Assembly: GCF_036971445.1 (NCBI RefSeq)
Contig: NC_091469.1
Coordinates: 292,082,001 to 292,145,395, forward strand
Reading direction: 5' to 3'
DNA from: Narcine bancroftii
Taxonomy: Eukaryota
DNA length: 63,395 bases
Below are positions 1 to 14,383 of this stretch, one piece after another. Under the pieces are notes generated by a model. It made no database searches. It was given only the letters and a program-made list of their open reading frames with translations, and was not told the DNA's origin. Made by a program: the position numbers and the translations under genes. Numbering within the stretch: position 1 is the first letter of the stretch; each line of letters starts with the position of its first letter.

Positions 1-589
1 CAATGTATAATTGTATTGCTCAATTGTTTATATTTTAATATTAATAAAGTTTTTTTAAAAGAAGGGAATCACGCAACACAGAATGGGGTCCCTTCGATGT
101 ACTGTGATGCCCATCTATGCCAATCTCATTTGCCTGCATCTTTACTGGTATCCCTTTTCTATCCCATGTATCTGTTCAAATTACTTTTAAACCCAATTCT
201 ACCCGCCTCCACCACGTCTTCTGGCAGCTCGTTCTAGATAACCACGACCCTCTGTCTGAAAAATGTAACCCCGATCTCTTAAAATTATCACTTCTGCCCT
301 TGGAAAAAGTTTCTGATTATCTATCCTATCAATATTTAATCTAAGTTTATCGTCATATACACAAGTATAATGTCCAGATTTACTGAGATTCTTGCTGCAG
401 TCACACAGGTACCTTAGATACACCAACAACAACAAAAATGTAAATTACCACAAATACAAGCCAGAAAAAAAGATAATAAATAACATAGATAAATAAATAT
501 TCACATTTGCAGTTAGAGCAAGAAACAAAATGGGATATTTCAGTGGTGCAGTCAGATCTTTTAGGTAGTTTAGAGTTAGAATAGTACGG

Positions 590-1170
590 AAATGTTCAGG
601 AGCCTGATAGCTGAATGAAAAGAGGTTATAACCAGGATGATGGGATCCTTTAGGATATTGACAATGGATGGAAGTCAGTGCCCGTGATGGACTTAGCTAC
701 GTTTGCACACTCTGTAACCTTTACATTCTTAGGCACTTGAGTTTCAAAACCAGGCCATAATGCAGTCAGTATACTTTCCACAGTACACCAGTAGAAGTTT
801 GGCAGAATATTTGACCACATGCCAAATCTCCTCAGACATTTTTTTTTACATAGGTGTTGGTGTGCCTTCTTCATGGATGCTTCAATGTGTTGATTCCAGG
901 AGAGATCCTCTGATATGTGGACTCCCAGGAACTTGAAAGTACCAACCCTCTCATTAACAAAGACAGGTGGATGGTCCCTCGGTCTCCCCTTCCTAAAGTC
1001 CAAAATATACTGCTTGGTCTTGAGAGGAAGATTGTTGTTCTGGAGTCACCCAACTAGATTCTCGATCTCCATCCTGTTCTCTGACTCATTCAGAGTCACT
1101 CATTCGTTACTGGGCCAACAATGGTGGTGTCCTCAGTGCATTTATAGTTTGTGTTGGAGCCAAACTTAGC
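590..1170 (-). mobile_element. Rex1/Babar-like LINE RT fragment
   Basis: DFRK...FKFLGVHISEDLSW...KKAHQ..LRRFGM...FY.CTVESILT, typical of the Rex1/Babar RT C-terminal part. Confidence 0.75.
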
Positions 1171-2231
1171 TCCTATCTTTGCCTCTCATAATGTTAGACA
1201 TCTCGTTTTAAACTTGTGACAATCCCACCTCTTATAACAATAGCCCTCCATTCCAGGTAACTCTGCAGCTTAGTAGGAAAGGTAGTCTTTGATTGTCTCT
1301 CAGATCACTGATGTCAATTGTGAATAGCTGCGGCCCAATCACTGATTCCCACAGTCTGACAGCAGTACTTTTATTCCTCTTTACTCTCTGTCTCAATCCT
1401 TTTCTCAATTCATGTCAGTAGTGACACGGTTAATTCATGGTAAAGCATCTTTTGGAGACAGCTGATCATGTTTGAATTTTGATAGTGTTTAAGATTGGCA
1501 AATCCAAACCAGAAAAAAATGGCAAGTATATTGTTCTGAGGGACATGCTTGCCAATGGAAAAATGTAGGGAATTAGGGAAGATGAAGGTACAGCTTGAAA
1601 AGTTTCAATATTACATTCCATTAAGGAAAAAGATCCACAGGAAATCTATCTCACCCATGGCTAGCTAAGTAAGGGTTGTATTAAACTAAGCCACAAAACT
1701 TGCTTTGGTATCATCAGGTTATTCTAGTAAGCAAGAGTAAGAGAAAATTATTTTTTTTTAAAGTGAAAAATTGATTCAAAGGAAAATAAGCAGAATATTC
1801 TAGTGAGAAATATACAAACAATTAGAACTCACAGAGGCAGAAATGTGAAAACATATGCGATAGAATTAATGTCAGTGGAGACTTAAAGGTAATTTTCCCT
1901 GTGACCACATAAGAGGAGACAGTCATGGTCCCTTAATGCTCAAGACATGCTCTTGGGTCCAGAGTGCTGACTAAAGTATCTCTCAGAAGGCTTATTTTTG
2001 TGTTAAATTGATGGAGCACCATCATTAGTAACATTTTTTCTGCCAATAAGCCATAAATGAGGGGTTCATGGAGCATAATTGGCAGACTACTGTAATATTT
2101 ATTAAACAGTGAATGTACAATGGTAATTAATACAAGGTAAACTGACAAAATGGACACCCAAATCAGTGGAATGCAGGGGCGGATGAAACCAGGTTAAGGA
2201 ATGCACTCCACTACAGGGAAGTTAGGCCAGG

Positions 2232-3784
2232 CTATGGCTCTTCCTTTTTAATGTGATCCAGGGTTTGTGGTCTTGCCTGTCTCTCCCTTTCCCAGAGCAT
2301 TTCTCTGTAGCACGAGGTACTGTTGAGCACAGTTCTTCTCACAGAGGAGCTGCACTCACAGTCTGGATCAATGTCACAAAATTCCATTCCTTTTACAATT
2401 TTTTTGATGCCTTCCATCAAAATTGCTGTGCTTAAATTTCTTTACATTGGAGTCTGTTGTTCCAACTCCTGCAGCTCCTCATGTGTTAGTCCATCCCCAT
2501 AAGAGTGCAGTAGTTCAGTCACAACATCAGCATCAACTTCCTCCAGACCAATCTGGGCCTCAAGTTGGACTAATTCACTAATGATTGACTGCTCCCCCTT
2601 CTCCAATCCTGTAACGTCACCACATGCCTCCGGCCAAGCAATGTTCATACAGGTACTGGTGACTTCTGCCCAGGATACACTGATATTATCAACAGCCTTT
2701 GTCATGTTGTATGACCTCCAGAATTTCCCAATTGACTGCTGATCTTGCCCTTTTGTTGTTTCAACAAGCTGTTTGAAGATGCATCTCACGTAGTATTGGA
2801 AATGACACGTTGATCCATTGGCTGGATGAGAGGCATGTGTCTTTTGGAAGATATACCACCTCCACAGGAAGGCAAGTTGGGAGGCTGTCAGTGTTCAGTG
2901 GATCGTCATGGGCACTATCAAGTACTTTTGAAGTTCAAGGTTATTTTCCTCACAATAAAACTTCACTGTTGGGCAAAAATATGAAACAAACCACTGCTGG
3001 AAGATGGTGATCGTTATCCAAGCCACTTTGCTTGCCTTCCAGATTACAGGCAAATGCTCACTGGAAAACCCTTACATCACTTTAAGGTTTCTTGTATGGT
3101 ATACAAGCATGGGTTTAAGTTTAAAGTCTCCCTGCAAGAGCATCAGGCGATCTTTGGCTGCCTTAAATCCAGATGCAAATTTTTCCTCTCAGGAAATGAA
3201 GGTGCATCACGGCAGCCTTTTCCAAAAAAGGCCCGTTTCATCAACATTAAAGACAAGCTGAGGAGGATAGCTGCCATGCTTGATGATAGCCCTGAGCCTT
3301 TCACTATATTCCTGATGTCAATGTTCTGCAAGTTGCTGCAACGTTTAAACCTCAAGAACCACCTTCTGCTGGCTGTGAATATCTCCGTCATTGATCCCTC
3401 GCCCTCTTGTTCCTGCAGGTGGGTAAATATGCTCTTGGCTTTCTCCATGATCATAAACTGGCTTAAAGCAATGCAGTGGTGTGTTTGATCTTCCATCCAC
3501 GTGCACAATCTGCTCTCCATCTTCTCCAACAAATTGCTCTGTGACCGAGCTAACTTTGTGGCATTTAATGAAGTGGTTTTGCAAGAAGCTTTAATCTTTT
3601 CAGCATTTTTCAAAATTGTTTGAATGGTCGATATAGCTAAATTTAAATCTTGGCCAACATCGACCTGGCACTCGCTGACTTCAAGCCGCCTCAACACCTG
3701 CAGTTTCACATCCAACGTGATGCTCTTTCTCGACATTCTTGACATGTTACCCACACTATCACTTGCTGATCTTTCTCCAGGCAT
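2232..3784 (-). mobile_element. Decayed Tigger/pogo (TIGD1-like) DNA transposase
   Basis: N-terminal RKSITLDVKLQVLRRLE plus CENP-B-type HTH (F.ASRRWFLRFKR), NVDETGLFWK-type DDE motif in an adjacent frame (~3220-3250), and C-terminal FWRSYN...WAEV. Broken by frameshifts and deletions; TIRs not resolved. Confidence 0.85.
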
Positions 3785-4699
3785 TTTGGGTTCAAATATT
3801 GTAACAGGAATCCCATCACTAAACTACAGGTACAGCCGCCTGTCAACCACTAGTAAACACAACAAAATATGTTACATCATTCTCAATGACCAATCCAAGT
3901 GTTTGACCTATCCAAAATACGCTTAACGACCGAGCCCTCACACCCTTGTAAGATAGAGAGCCTCTACATAAAAAAATTTCTCCAGTCTAAAATAATCTAC
4001 CCCTGAGGCCCCTCATTTTAGACATCCTCCCTGCATCCACTTGTAAACCCCATAAGATTTTTAAAGCCTAAATGACATCTCTCATTCTTCTGGACTCTAA
4101 GGAATACATACCGAATGATAGAGTGACACGACACAGAAATAGGTCCCTCAGTTCCCCATCATAATTTCCCTGCAGTTGGCCATTTCCCTCTAACTTCTCC
4201 TGTCCATGTAACCATTTAAACGTTGTAGTTGCACCTGCCTCTACTATACCCTCTGACAGCTAGCTCCATGTACCTACCACTCTCTGTGGAAAAACTTCCC
4301 TTTTGAACATTTTCCCTTTCATCTTAAACCTATGCTTAAAACGTCAGCAAGTTTTAGACACTCTATCCTGGGAATAAATTCTGATTATCTATCATATCAC
4401 TGTCCTTCATGATTTTAATAACTTCTTAGCCAATGCAATCTCTTTTCATACGGTTGGGACTATTCCTGGAACATCTAATTAATTGTTACTGTGCTCTCTA
4501 TTTGACACGGAAGAGTTATTCTTCTATGATACACGTATATAGTTAGGGAAGGAGCCCAGAATGGTGCACATTATTCCATATGCAATTTCACCGAGACCTT
4601 GTATAAATGCAGTAAGACATCTCTACACTCAACTTCTCTCTAGTAAAGGCCAACATGGCACTTGTCTCCTTCATCACTTGCAGGACCTGCATGTTCAAT

Positions 4700-5260
4700 A
4701 AAAAGTCTCTAAGACACAGGAGCAGAGTTGGCCAACCAGCCTGTCGAACCTGCTCTACCATTCAATGTTATTATGGCTGATGTGATAATAGGCTCATCTC
4801 CACCTACCTGCCTCCTCCTCCCCCCCCCTCCCCCATATCCCTTAATTGCCTTACTATGTAAAAATCTATCCAACCTGATCTTAAATATATTTACCAAGGT
4901 TGCTTCCACTGTGAATTTCACAGATTCACCACACTCTGGGAAAAACAATTCCTTTTCATCTCTGTCCTGAATTTTGAGGCAATGTCCCCTAATTTTGGTC
5001 CCCCCAACCAGAGTAATCAACTTACCTACCTCTATCTTGTCTATGCTTTATATGTTTCTGCAAGATCCCTCTCATTCTTCTAAATTCTGGCAAGTACAGA
5101 CCCAGATAACTCAATCTCTCCTCATGGGATAAACCCCTCATCTCTGGAGTCAACCTGGTGAACCTCCTCTGAACTGGATCCAAAGCCACTACATCCTTCC
5201 TCAAGGAGACCAGAACTGCACACATTACTCCAGATGTGGCTCACCAGTATCTTATACAAC
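4700..5260 (-). mobile_element. CR1/HER1-like LINE 3' fragment
   Basis: LRKDVVALDPVQRRFTRLTPEMRGLSHEERLSYLGLY..EFRRMRG, a CR1 ORF2 C-terminal signature. Confidence 0.8.
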
Positions 5261-5894
5261 AACATTTAAAAATACTCCGCTTTTCTATTTTGCACACAAA
5301 AGGAGATAACTTCAGATTTTTCACTTCTTATCCACTCACAGCTTTTCTAATGTTCACAACGAGCCTCCCAATATCATCTTTTCTAACCAAATATTGATGT
5401 GAATAGCTGGACTAAAGCCCCAACCCAGCACTACTGTAGTTATATGTATGAAACAACACTTAATTCTCACTACTTGCTACTGGTTTGTCAAAGGGTCTCT
5501 GACCTGAAACATTGACTCTATTTCTCTTCCCATAAATGCAGCCTGCCCCTGTGAAGATCTCCAGAATTTTCTGTTTTTGTTCTGAAACTATGGTTACTTT
5601 ACCCACAATTCCATGTGCTCTAAGCTTGTTGAACGACCTCCTGTAAAGTACCTTATAAAAACAGTTGACGCATGCCTTTTGACACCACAAATGCTGGTTG
5701 ACCCACTTGAGTTTTCCAGCATTTTATTTCGTGACTTACAAATCAGATTTTTTTTAGATTAACCAAGAAAATTGATTATAGGACATTGGTAGAGATAGTT
5801 TAAATGGACTTTAATAAGTTTTTTTGACAAGATCCAGAAGATTCAGGCACAAGTGATCGAAGGCATATTGGAGCAGTGGATCAAGAATCGGCAG

Positions 5895-6305
5895 AAATTC
5901 AAAGTTATATTCCTTTGGTAAAAAAAACCATATAATTTGAGAAATAAACATGCTACATTTCTACAAATCTGGTGCCCATATACTCAAATATTAGGTTTAA
6001 ATTTATAATGTTATGCTTCCTGTGCCTCTGGACCTGTTTAGATGTGTATATCAGATGATATCCCTCTGTGCAATCCCGAAAGTTTCTTTCTTTCCATTCA
6101 CTTTATACTTTATATTATATTTTATCTTTTTATCAACTATTTTGAGGGTGGGAGGTTTGGGGGGTGAGGGAGGTTTTGGGGGTGGATTATATAACACCAT
6201 GTGTGTAGTTTTAGTTTCCCCCCCCCCCCTTTTTAATCTGTATTATATTAAATTTGATTACTACATGTATGGAGACATTTTTAAATAAAATCTTTTTTAA
6301 AAAAT
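5895..6305 (+). mobile_element. Short L1-like 3' end
   Basis: IPL..YNLRNKHATFLQIWCPY-like remnant, G-rich 3'UTR tract, AATAAA and A-rich tail. Boundaries approximate. Confidence 0.55.
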
Positions 6306-7478
6306 TGGCCTGGTGTTAGAGGAAGACAGTAGCAGTGATGAAGAATTTTTATAAATGCAAGTTTATAACAAGTGGCATATTAAAGGGATCAGACTAAGTC
6401 TTATGATATATTGCAACACATATAAATGATGGATGAGCATGTCAGGGTCATAATTAGTAAGACTGAAGGTGGCCCAATGTTGGAGGAGTCAGAGACAGCT
6501 GAGAAGGTTGTCCAAAGATAAATAAGGGATTATGCAATGGCATAATGGTGGGAAAGATAATGAGAGATTTGCAAAATAATTGCAGGGATATACAAAAACC
6601 ATGCAGGAGTTATCTGAGGGACCAACTATCCAAACACAGACAGTGATACCAATCACACAATAATCAGAAGGGACAAAGGTTTCTGACATGCATTCATGAG
6701 AGCTTTCTTGATCACCAAGTTTCCAGCTCAGTGAGGAAGGCAGCATTGCTGGACTTGGACCTGGAAATGAGCCAGGTCAAACAGATTAAGTAATAGTGAA
6801 GAAGTATCTAGAAAACAAAGATCATAATTAGTTCAGAATAATTATGCCATCTCCAATGTATAAACAAACAATTTTAAGATGAGTGAATTTAATTGGGTCG
6901 AGGTCCAGTCTGGGCAAACTGGATTCAGCTTGGTAAGCATGGACAAGTTTAGCCAAGAGGTCTTTTTGTGTGCTGTAAAACACCATGATTTGAATGTGTG
7001 AGAGGCCACCCTCGAAGGTGGAGCAGTTTGACAGGCAAAACAGTAAGTATACAATAGGAGTCCTTAACGTGGAGATATTTTACCTACAATCTAGGTATAT
7101 TCCCAAGAGGGAGAAGGTAGGGAGATCGATGCCTATTCCACAAATGGCCAAAAAGTAGTCACTAAAGCAAAAGTACAACAGAAGATGCTTGGATCCTCAC
7201 ACAAGTGAGAACTTAAGTTTCCCAAATTTCAAAGCAGAAATTTAAAAGATGACAAAAGGGCATCCAAAATATTCTGCAGGTATGTGAATGGGTAAAGGGT
7301 TGTAAATGATATGGAACTGATCATTGATTAATAAGGGTGAGGCGGGAGGAGTCACATGATGGAGTAGTGGCCGGTCGGGGAACTCCAGCCCTCTCCAGAA
7401 AAGCAAAAAAAAGATAGAGAAAAACCAAAGGCACAAACATAAAAACCAAAACAAAGTGAAAATAAAAGTGTGGAGAAA

Positions 7479-8858
7479 ATGGCAGCGAAAAAAGAAAAGC
7501 CAAAAACAACGGGAAGAAAAGAAGAAGGAAAGACGTCGGAAGAAGAAGGTGAACGCCTTACCTGTCCGAGGAGGCCCGCCGTGGAGAGAGAAGCCCGCTC
7601 CCTGAGGTCAGCCGAAGCCCCAAACTCGGGACTACAAAAATGGCTCACGGAGCCAAAAGTGCGCAACCGCGAATGCACGAATCCTCGCGCATGCACGATG
7701 CGCAAGACAAAAATAGCACTGACGGGAGGGGGGACCAGCTGAGGAGCCGATCTCCACAGCTGAAACTGACAACTACAACACAACAGCAAGAGGAAAACAT
7801 AGAAAATAACGAGAGCAAGAAAGAAGAGAGTAAAAATAAGAAATCAAAGAAACAACAGATGACCAACCCAGAGGAAGAAGACCAACACCAAGACACTTCT
7901 AATAAAAATAAGAAGAACAAAAATACCCAACAAAATAAAATAAACAACCCAAAGGGAAAACCAGAAGAGACAGAGGTAAAGGACACAGATCCTGGAGTGG
8001 ACTCAGAAGAAGAAGAGGAAGAACACAGAGAAATTGAAGATGAAGGGAAGGGCAAGTACATGGATATATATTTTTTTAAAGAATATATGGAAACAGTAAA
8101 AGAATGGCAGTCACAAGAATTCAGTGAAATAAAAACAAGAATAAAAAATGCAGAAGAAAAAGTGAATAGATTAGAGATGATCATGACAGATATAGGAAAA
8201 AGAGTAGACAAGGTGGAAGAACGAGAAACAACCATAGAAATGGAAGTAGATGACTTAAAAAAGAAATTAAAAGAATCTGATAAAAAAGTTAAAGAAACAC
8301 AGGAGCTGTTAGCTCAGAAGATAGATATAGTGGAAAATTATAATAGAAGAAACAATATAAAGATATTGGGACTTAAGGAAGATGAAGAAGGCAAAAATAT
8401 GAAAGAACTTATAAAAGAATGGATCCCCAGGGTCCTAGGAAGACCAGAATTACAGGAATAAATGGAAATAGAAAGGGCACACAGAACATTAGCCCCTAAA
8501 CCACAACCACAACAAAAACCAAGATCCATTCTAGTAAAATTCCTAAGATATACAACAAGAGAAAATATACTGGAGAAGGCAATGAAGAAAATAAGAGAAG
8601 ACAAAAGACCACTGGAAAACAAGGGTCAAAAAATTTTTTTTCTATCCAGATATAAGTTTTGAACTCCTGAAGAAGAGGAAGGAGTTTAATGCAGCAAAAA
8701 CGACCCTATGGAAAAAAGGTTATAAATTTATGTTAAAATACCCAGCAGTACTTAAAATAGTTATTCCAGGGCAGCAAAACTGACTATTCTCGGATCTGGA
8801 AGAAGCACGAAAATTTGCAGAACAACTACAAAACAGACAGAGAGATGAAGAGATGTAA
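7479..8858 (+). pseudogene. L1 ORF1p, disrupted
   Basis: ENYNRRNNIKILGLKE, EIERAHR, PRSILVKFLRY, FYPDISFELLKKRKEF, MLKYPAVLKI motifs. TAA at 8459-8461, frameshift in the T-run at ~8635, further TGA at ~8781, and a probable frameshift at ~7638. Confidence 0.85.
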
Positions 8859-9310
8859 CAAGAACAAAAATGACAACAAACTATATGTATGTGTGTATGT
8901 AGGTATATATATATATATGTGTGTATGTATCTAAGAAGGGAAAGAAAGGGAAGAAAGGAAGTAAGGAGGGAATTAAGAGAGTGACCTTTGTTATATATGG
9001 AGATTAAAATCTTTTCTGGGGGGGACTGGGTGGGGAAGAATTACAGTCACTGCGAAATCAGTTGACGCTTGCGAGTGAATTCGCAAATCCAAATGGAGAG
9101 GGGAGATGTGGTTGCCCGACAAGGGACAAAGGGCAACTCAGGAAGGGGAGGGCCTATTGGGGTTAAAGGAATTTTAGATATGAGAATAGTGGAAATATTT
9201 TATGTTTTAGAAATGTTGTCTTATAATGTGTTCAAAAAATGAAAGCAGAAATGGATAAGAAGGGAAGGTGGTGATGAGGAAACAGAAAGGAAAGATAAAC
9301 AAAGTATGAA

Positions 9311-12300
9311 ATGGCTATGTTGAACTATATGACTTTAAATATTAATGGAATACATAACCAAATCAAAAGGAAGAAACTGTTAAATTTACTAAAAAAAGAA
9401 AAAATTGATATAGCATTTGTACAAGAAACACACCTAACTGAAGTGGAACACAAGAAATTAAAGAGAGATTGGATAGGACATGTAACAGCAGCATCATATA
9501 ATTAAAGAGCCAGAGGAGTAGCTATATTAATCAATAAAAATGTACCAATCAAAATAGAAGAGGAAATAATAGATCCAGCAGGGAGATATGTAATGATAAA
9601 ATGTCAGATATATTCAGAATTTTGGAATTTATTCAATGTATATTCACCTAATGAAGAAGATCAAAAATTTATGCAAGATATCTTTTTGAAGATAGCAGAC
9701 ACGCAAGGGAACATACTAATAGGAGGGGATTTTAACCTTAATTTGGATTCAAACATGGATAAAACTGGAAAAAAAACTAACAGAAAGAACAAAGTAACCA
9801 AATTTATAATTAAATCAATGCAAGAAATGCAACTTTTGGATATATGGAGGAAACAACACCCAACGGAAAAGGAATATTCATATTATTTGGGCAGACATAA
9901 AACATATTCAAGGATAGACCTATTCCTGTTATCAGCCCACATTCAAGGGAGAGTTAGGAAAACGGAATATAAAGCTAGACTATTATCGGGCCACTCACCC
10001 CTATTATTGGCAATACAGTTAGAGGACATCCCACCAAGAATGTATAGATGGAGATTAAACTCCATGCTATTTAAAAGACAGGATTTTAGAGAATTAATTG
10101 AACGACAAATTAAAACGTACTTTGAAATAAATACGGAATCAGTGAAAGATAAGTTTATACTATGGGACGCAATGAAAGCGTTCATCAGAGGGCAAATAAT
10201 AAGTTATGTAACTAAGATGAAGAAGGACTACAATCGGGAAACAGAACAGTTGGAAAGGGAAATAACAAATATAGAAAAAGAATTAGCAATAAAGGAAGAT
10301 ACAACTAAAAGAAGAGAATTGGCAGATAAAAAAATAAAATATGAAACACTACAAACATATAAGGTGGAGAAGAACATAATGAAGACAAAACAGAAATATT
10401 ATGAACTAGGAGAAAAAACGCACAAAATTCTAGCGTGGCAGCTTAAGACAGAACAAACTAAAAGAATGGTATTGGCATTAAGGAAAAAGGACAAGCAAAT
10501 TACATATAATCCAATGGAGATCAATGAAAACTTCAGGGAATTCTACGAGCAACTATATCAAACTGAAAATGAAGGGAAAGAAGACAAAATAGATGAATTT
10601 CTAACTAAAATTGAACTACCGAAATTACAAACAGAGGAGCAAAATAAATTAATAAAACCATTTGAAATAGAAGAATTACAGGAGATAATAAAAAAACTAC
10701 CGAACAATAAAACACCAGGAGAGGATGGATTCCCAATAGAATTCTATAAAACATTTAAAGACTTATTAATGCCTCCCCTTCTGGAAGTAATCAACCAGAT
10801 TGATAAAGCACAAAGCATACCAGATTCATGCAAAACAGCAATAATTACAGTAATACCAAAGACAGGGAAAGACCCACTTGCACCAGCGTCATATAGACCA
10901 ATATCTTTACTTAACACAGATTATAAGATAATAGCTAAACTATTAGCAAACAGATTAGCCGACTATGTACCAAAAATAGAAAATCTAGACCAAACTGGAT
11001 TTATTAAAAAAAGACGAACAACATACAATATCTGTAAATTTATTAACTTAATTCATGCAGTAGAAGGAAATAAAACTCCAACAGTAGCGGTTGCTTTAGA
11101 TGCAGAGAAGGCCTTTGACAGAGTAGAATGGAATTATTTATTCAAAGTACTACAAAAATTCAGCTTACCAGAGAAATATATTAATTGGATTAAAGCATTA
11201 TATAAGGGGCCATTGGCGAAAGTGACAGTAAATGGATATATATCAAAACAATTTAACTTAAGCAGATCAACAAGGCAGGGATGTCCACTATCTCCCTCAC
11301 TGTTTGCGTTAGCTATAGAACCACTAGCAGAACTGATAAGAACAGAAAATAAAATAAAAGGGATAAAAATAAAAGACAAGGAATATAAAATCAGTCTATT
11401 TGCAGATGACGTTATAATATACTTAACAGAACCAGAAATATCAATAAAAGAATTAGATAGGAAATTGAAGGAATATGGAGAAGTGTCGGGGTACAAGATC
11501 AACGCAAATAAAAGTGAAACAATGCCAATGAATAATGCGGATTTCTCAAAGTTTAAGAAAGAATCACCATTTAGATGGCAAACACAACCAATGCGATACC
11601 TAGGCATACAAATAAATAAAAACCTCGGCCATCTATATAAACTCAATTACCATCCATTAATGAAAAAATTACAGGACGACTTAGAGCATTGGAAAGACTT
11701 ACCACTAACACTGATAGGAAGGATAAATTGTATTAAAATGAACATTTTCCCAAGGATACAATACCTATTTCAGTCATTACCAATACGCCTAACAGAGAAA
11801 TTCTTCAAGGAGTTAAAGAAAATAATAAGGAAATTTTTATGGAAAGGGGGGAAACCGAGGATAGCACTAGATAAATTAACGGAATGGTACAAACAAGGAG
11901 GCTTACAACTACCAAACTTTAAAAATTATTATAGAGCCGCACTATTAAGATACCTATCAGATTTTTATCAAACAAGGGAAAAACCAGATTGGACCAGATT
12001 AGAACTAGATAAAATAGGGGAGAAGATACCTGAACATATACTATATAAATGGGATGAAAAATTGGTACAACGTAGGAATTCACCGGTATTGCATCATCTG
12101 CTCAACATTTGGAAGAGGATTCATGTAGAAAGGAATAAAACAAATTACCAACTACCAAAACTAATATTGACGCAAAATCAGCTAATCCCTTTTACAATAG
12201 ATACCCTTTCCTTTAGAGAATGGGAGAGAAAAGGGATCAAAAGAATAGAAAATTGTTATTCGGGAAATAAATTATTATCCTTTGAACAAATGAAGGATGA

Positions 12301-13094
12301 ATATAATATAACTCACAATACAATGTTTGCATACTATCAACTGAAAACCTACTTGAAGGACAAATTGGGAAACAGTCTGAGGTTACCAGAAGGAAGCAAT
12401 TTTGAATATGTGATTACAGACACAATGATAATCAAAAAATTTGTAACAAACATGTACATCAAACTGCAAGAAAAGGAGAACAAGGAAACTAATGGTAAAA
12501 CTAAACAAAAATGGGAACAAGATCTAAACATAAAGATAAAGAAGCTGTGCTCCGGAACTATGAGAAATACAATAAACACGAGGTTACGTATGATACAATA
12601 TAACTGGATACACAGGTTATACATCACCCCTCAAAAGTTAAATAAATGGGACCCAACAGTATCAGACAGATGTTTTCGCTGTAAAAAGGAAACGGGAACA
12701 ACAATTCATGCAATTTGGACATGTGAGAAAGTGAAAAAATTTTGGGAAGATCTAAACCAGATATTTAAAAAAAATCACAAAAAGCAATATACCAAAAAAC
12801 CCAGAGATCTTCCTCCTAAGTAATATAAGAAACAAAGAATTTGGACTCGATTTGGATGGAGCACAAAAAAGATTTGTTATGATAGCCCTAGCTATAGCAA
12901 AAAAATGTATTATGTCAACCCGGAAATTAGAAGATAACTTGAGAATACAACAATGGTATATAGAAATGAATAAATGTATTCCATTAGAAAAAATAACATA
13001 TAATTTAAGAAATAATATTACAATATTCAAACAAATATGGGAGCCATACATGAAACACAATAGAGAAATCCTACCGTGGACTTCCACCACCTAA
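9311..13094 (+). pseudogene. L1 ORF2p (endonuclease-reverse transcriptase), disrupted
   Basis: LNING, VQETHL, GGDFN, SRID, TPGEDG, YRPISLLN, DAEKAFD, RQGCPLSP, LFADD, CFRC..HAIWTC. One in-frame stop at 9503-9505, a frameshift at ~12770, and the endonuclease SDH motif reads SGH. Confidence 0.93.
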
Positions 13095-14383
13095 AATGAC
13101 AGAAGGAGAAGATAATGAAAAGAACTGACTCAGTAAAATTTCTTGTTTATTTTTATTAAGTGACAACATTGTTTAACGGGTTTAATGTATCTTATAGATT
13201 GAACTTTAAATAAATGGGAAAGGGAGTGAGGGAGGGAGGGAAGGGAGGGGGGAAAAGGGGGAGAAAACGACACTATATATTTAAGAAGAAAAATGTCTGT
13301 ATGTATCTTGGTCAATATGGTTTACAGTGTGAAAAATAAAAAAATTTAAAAAAAAATAAGGGTGAGGCATGGCTGATGTGCTAAATAAGTATAGTTTACA
13401 TGTTTTTATTAAGTCAGATATTGCTGGAGTCTCAGGAAAGTGTCATTGGGATCCTAGATGGACTACAAACTGATAATTAATGTGTTAGAAAGGTTAACAT
13501 TATTCTGAGAATGAATCACCTGATTGAGCTGAGATGCATCCTAGGTTGGTAGTGGGGTTGGGGAGGGGATAGAAGTGGGGTGAGGGCATAAAATTGCAGG
13601 TGCCTTGATCATACCTTCACATGAAGTTCACATGACCTGCAAAATACAAATACTACACTCTGATAAAAATAAATTACCAGCCATCCATATTATCCTGCAT
13701 GGGTCATAGAAACAAGCCCCTTGGCCCACTGGGTCCCTACTGAACATCAACCACCCACATACACAAATCCTACATTGATCTCATTTGATTCTCTCCACAT
13801 TCCCATTAACTACCCTGTCATCCCCCAACCCCGCCCCCGCCCCCCACCAGGTACGACCACTCACCTACACCCTCAAGGCAATTTACAATGGCCAATTAAT
13901 CAAATTGGGTGTAATTGGGCAACACAGGCTCAAGGGCCAAAAGGACCTGTTACCATGCTGTGTGCCTAATTTTTTTTTAACTGTGAGGATAGTAACGAAC
14001 TACAAGAGCCAGGCTGATGGAACGGGCGGATAGGTGGTTAATGCTGAGAAATGCTGGTTATATTTTGGTTGGAAGAATTAAATGAGGAAGTATAAACTAT
14101 AGAGTATTCTAAAAAAACATAAGACAGGAGCAGAAATAGGCTATTCAGCCCATCAAGCATGCCTCACCATTAATGGATGAGCTGATCCATTCTCCCACTG
14201 ATAACCTTTGATGCCCTGGCTAATCAAGAACCTTTCAAATTCTGCCTTAAATACATCCAATGACTTGGCCTCCAAAACCACCTGTGGCAACAAATTCTAT
14301 AGATGTACCACCAACTCCCCATTTCTGTTCTGTGGATGCCCTTCAATCCTGTTTTCTCCTTTCACACCATGGGAAATAACCTA

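Larger units (their letters stand above)
7344..13354 (+). mobile_element. Full-length L1-clade LINE (about 6.0 kb), inactivated
   Basis: Perfect 14-bp TSD AATAAGGGTGAGGC at 7330-7343 and 13355-13368. ORF1 with coiled coil and L1-type RRM/CTD motifs; ORF2 with APE endonuclease, RT (LFADD) and CCHC knuckle; G-rich 3'UTR, AATAAA and A-rich tail. Confidence 0.96.

Noticed and set aside
2232-3784. Domesticated TIGD/CENP-B-like host gene
   Set aside because: Multiple frameshifts, stops and internal deletions across the DDE domain indicate a decayed transposon copy.
7645-8235. 196-aa antisense ORF in L1 (possible ORF0 analogue)
   Set aside because: Ser/Phe/Leu-rich mirror of the A-rich ORF1 strand; an expected compositional shadow with no independent evidence.
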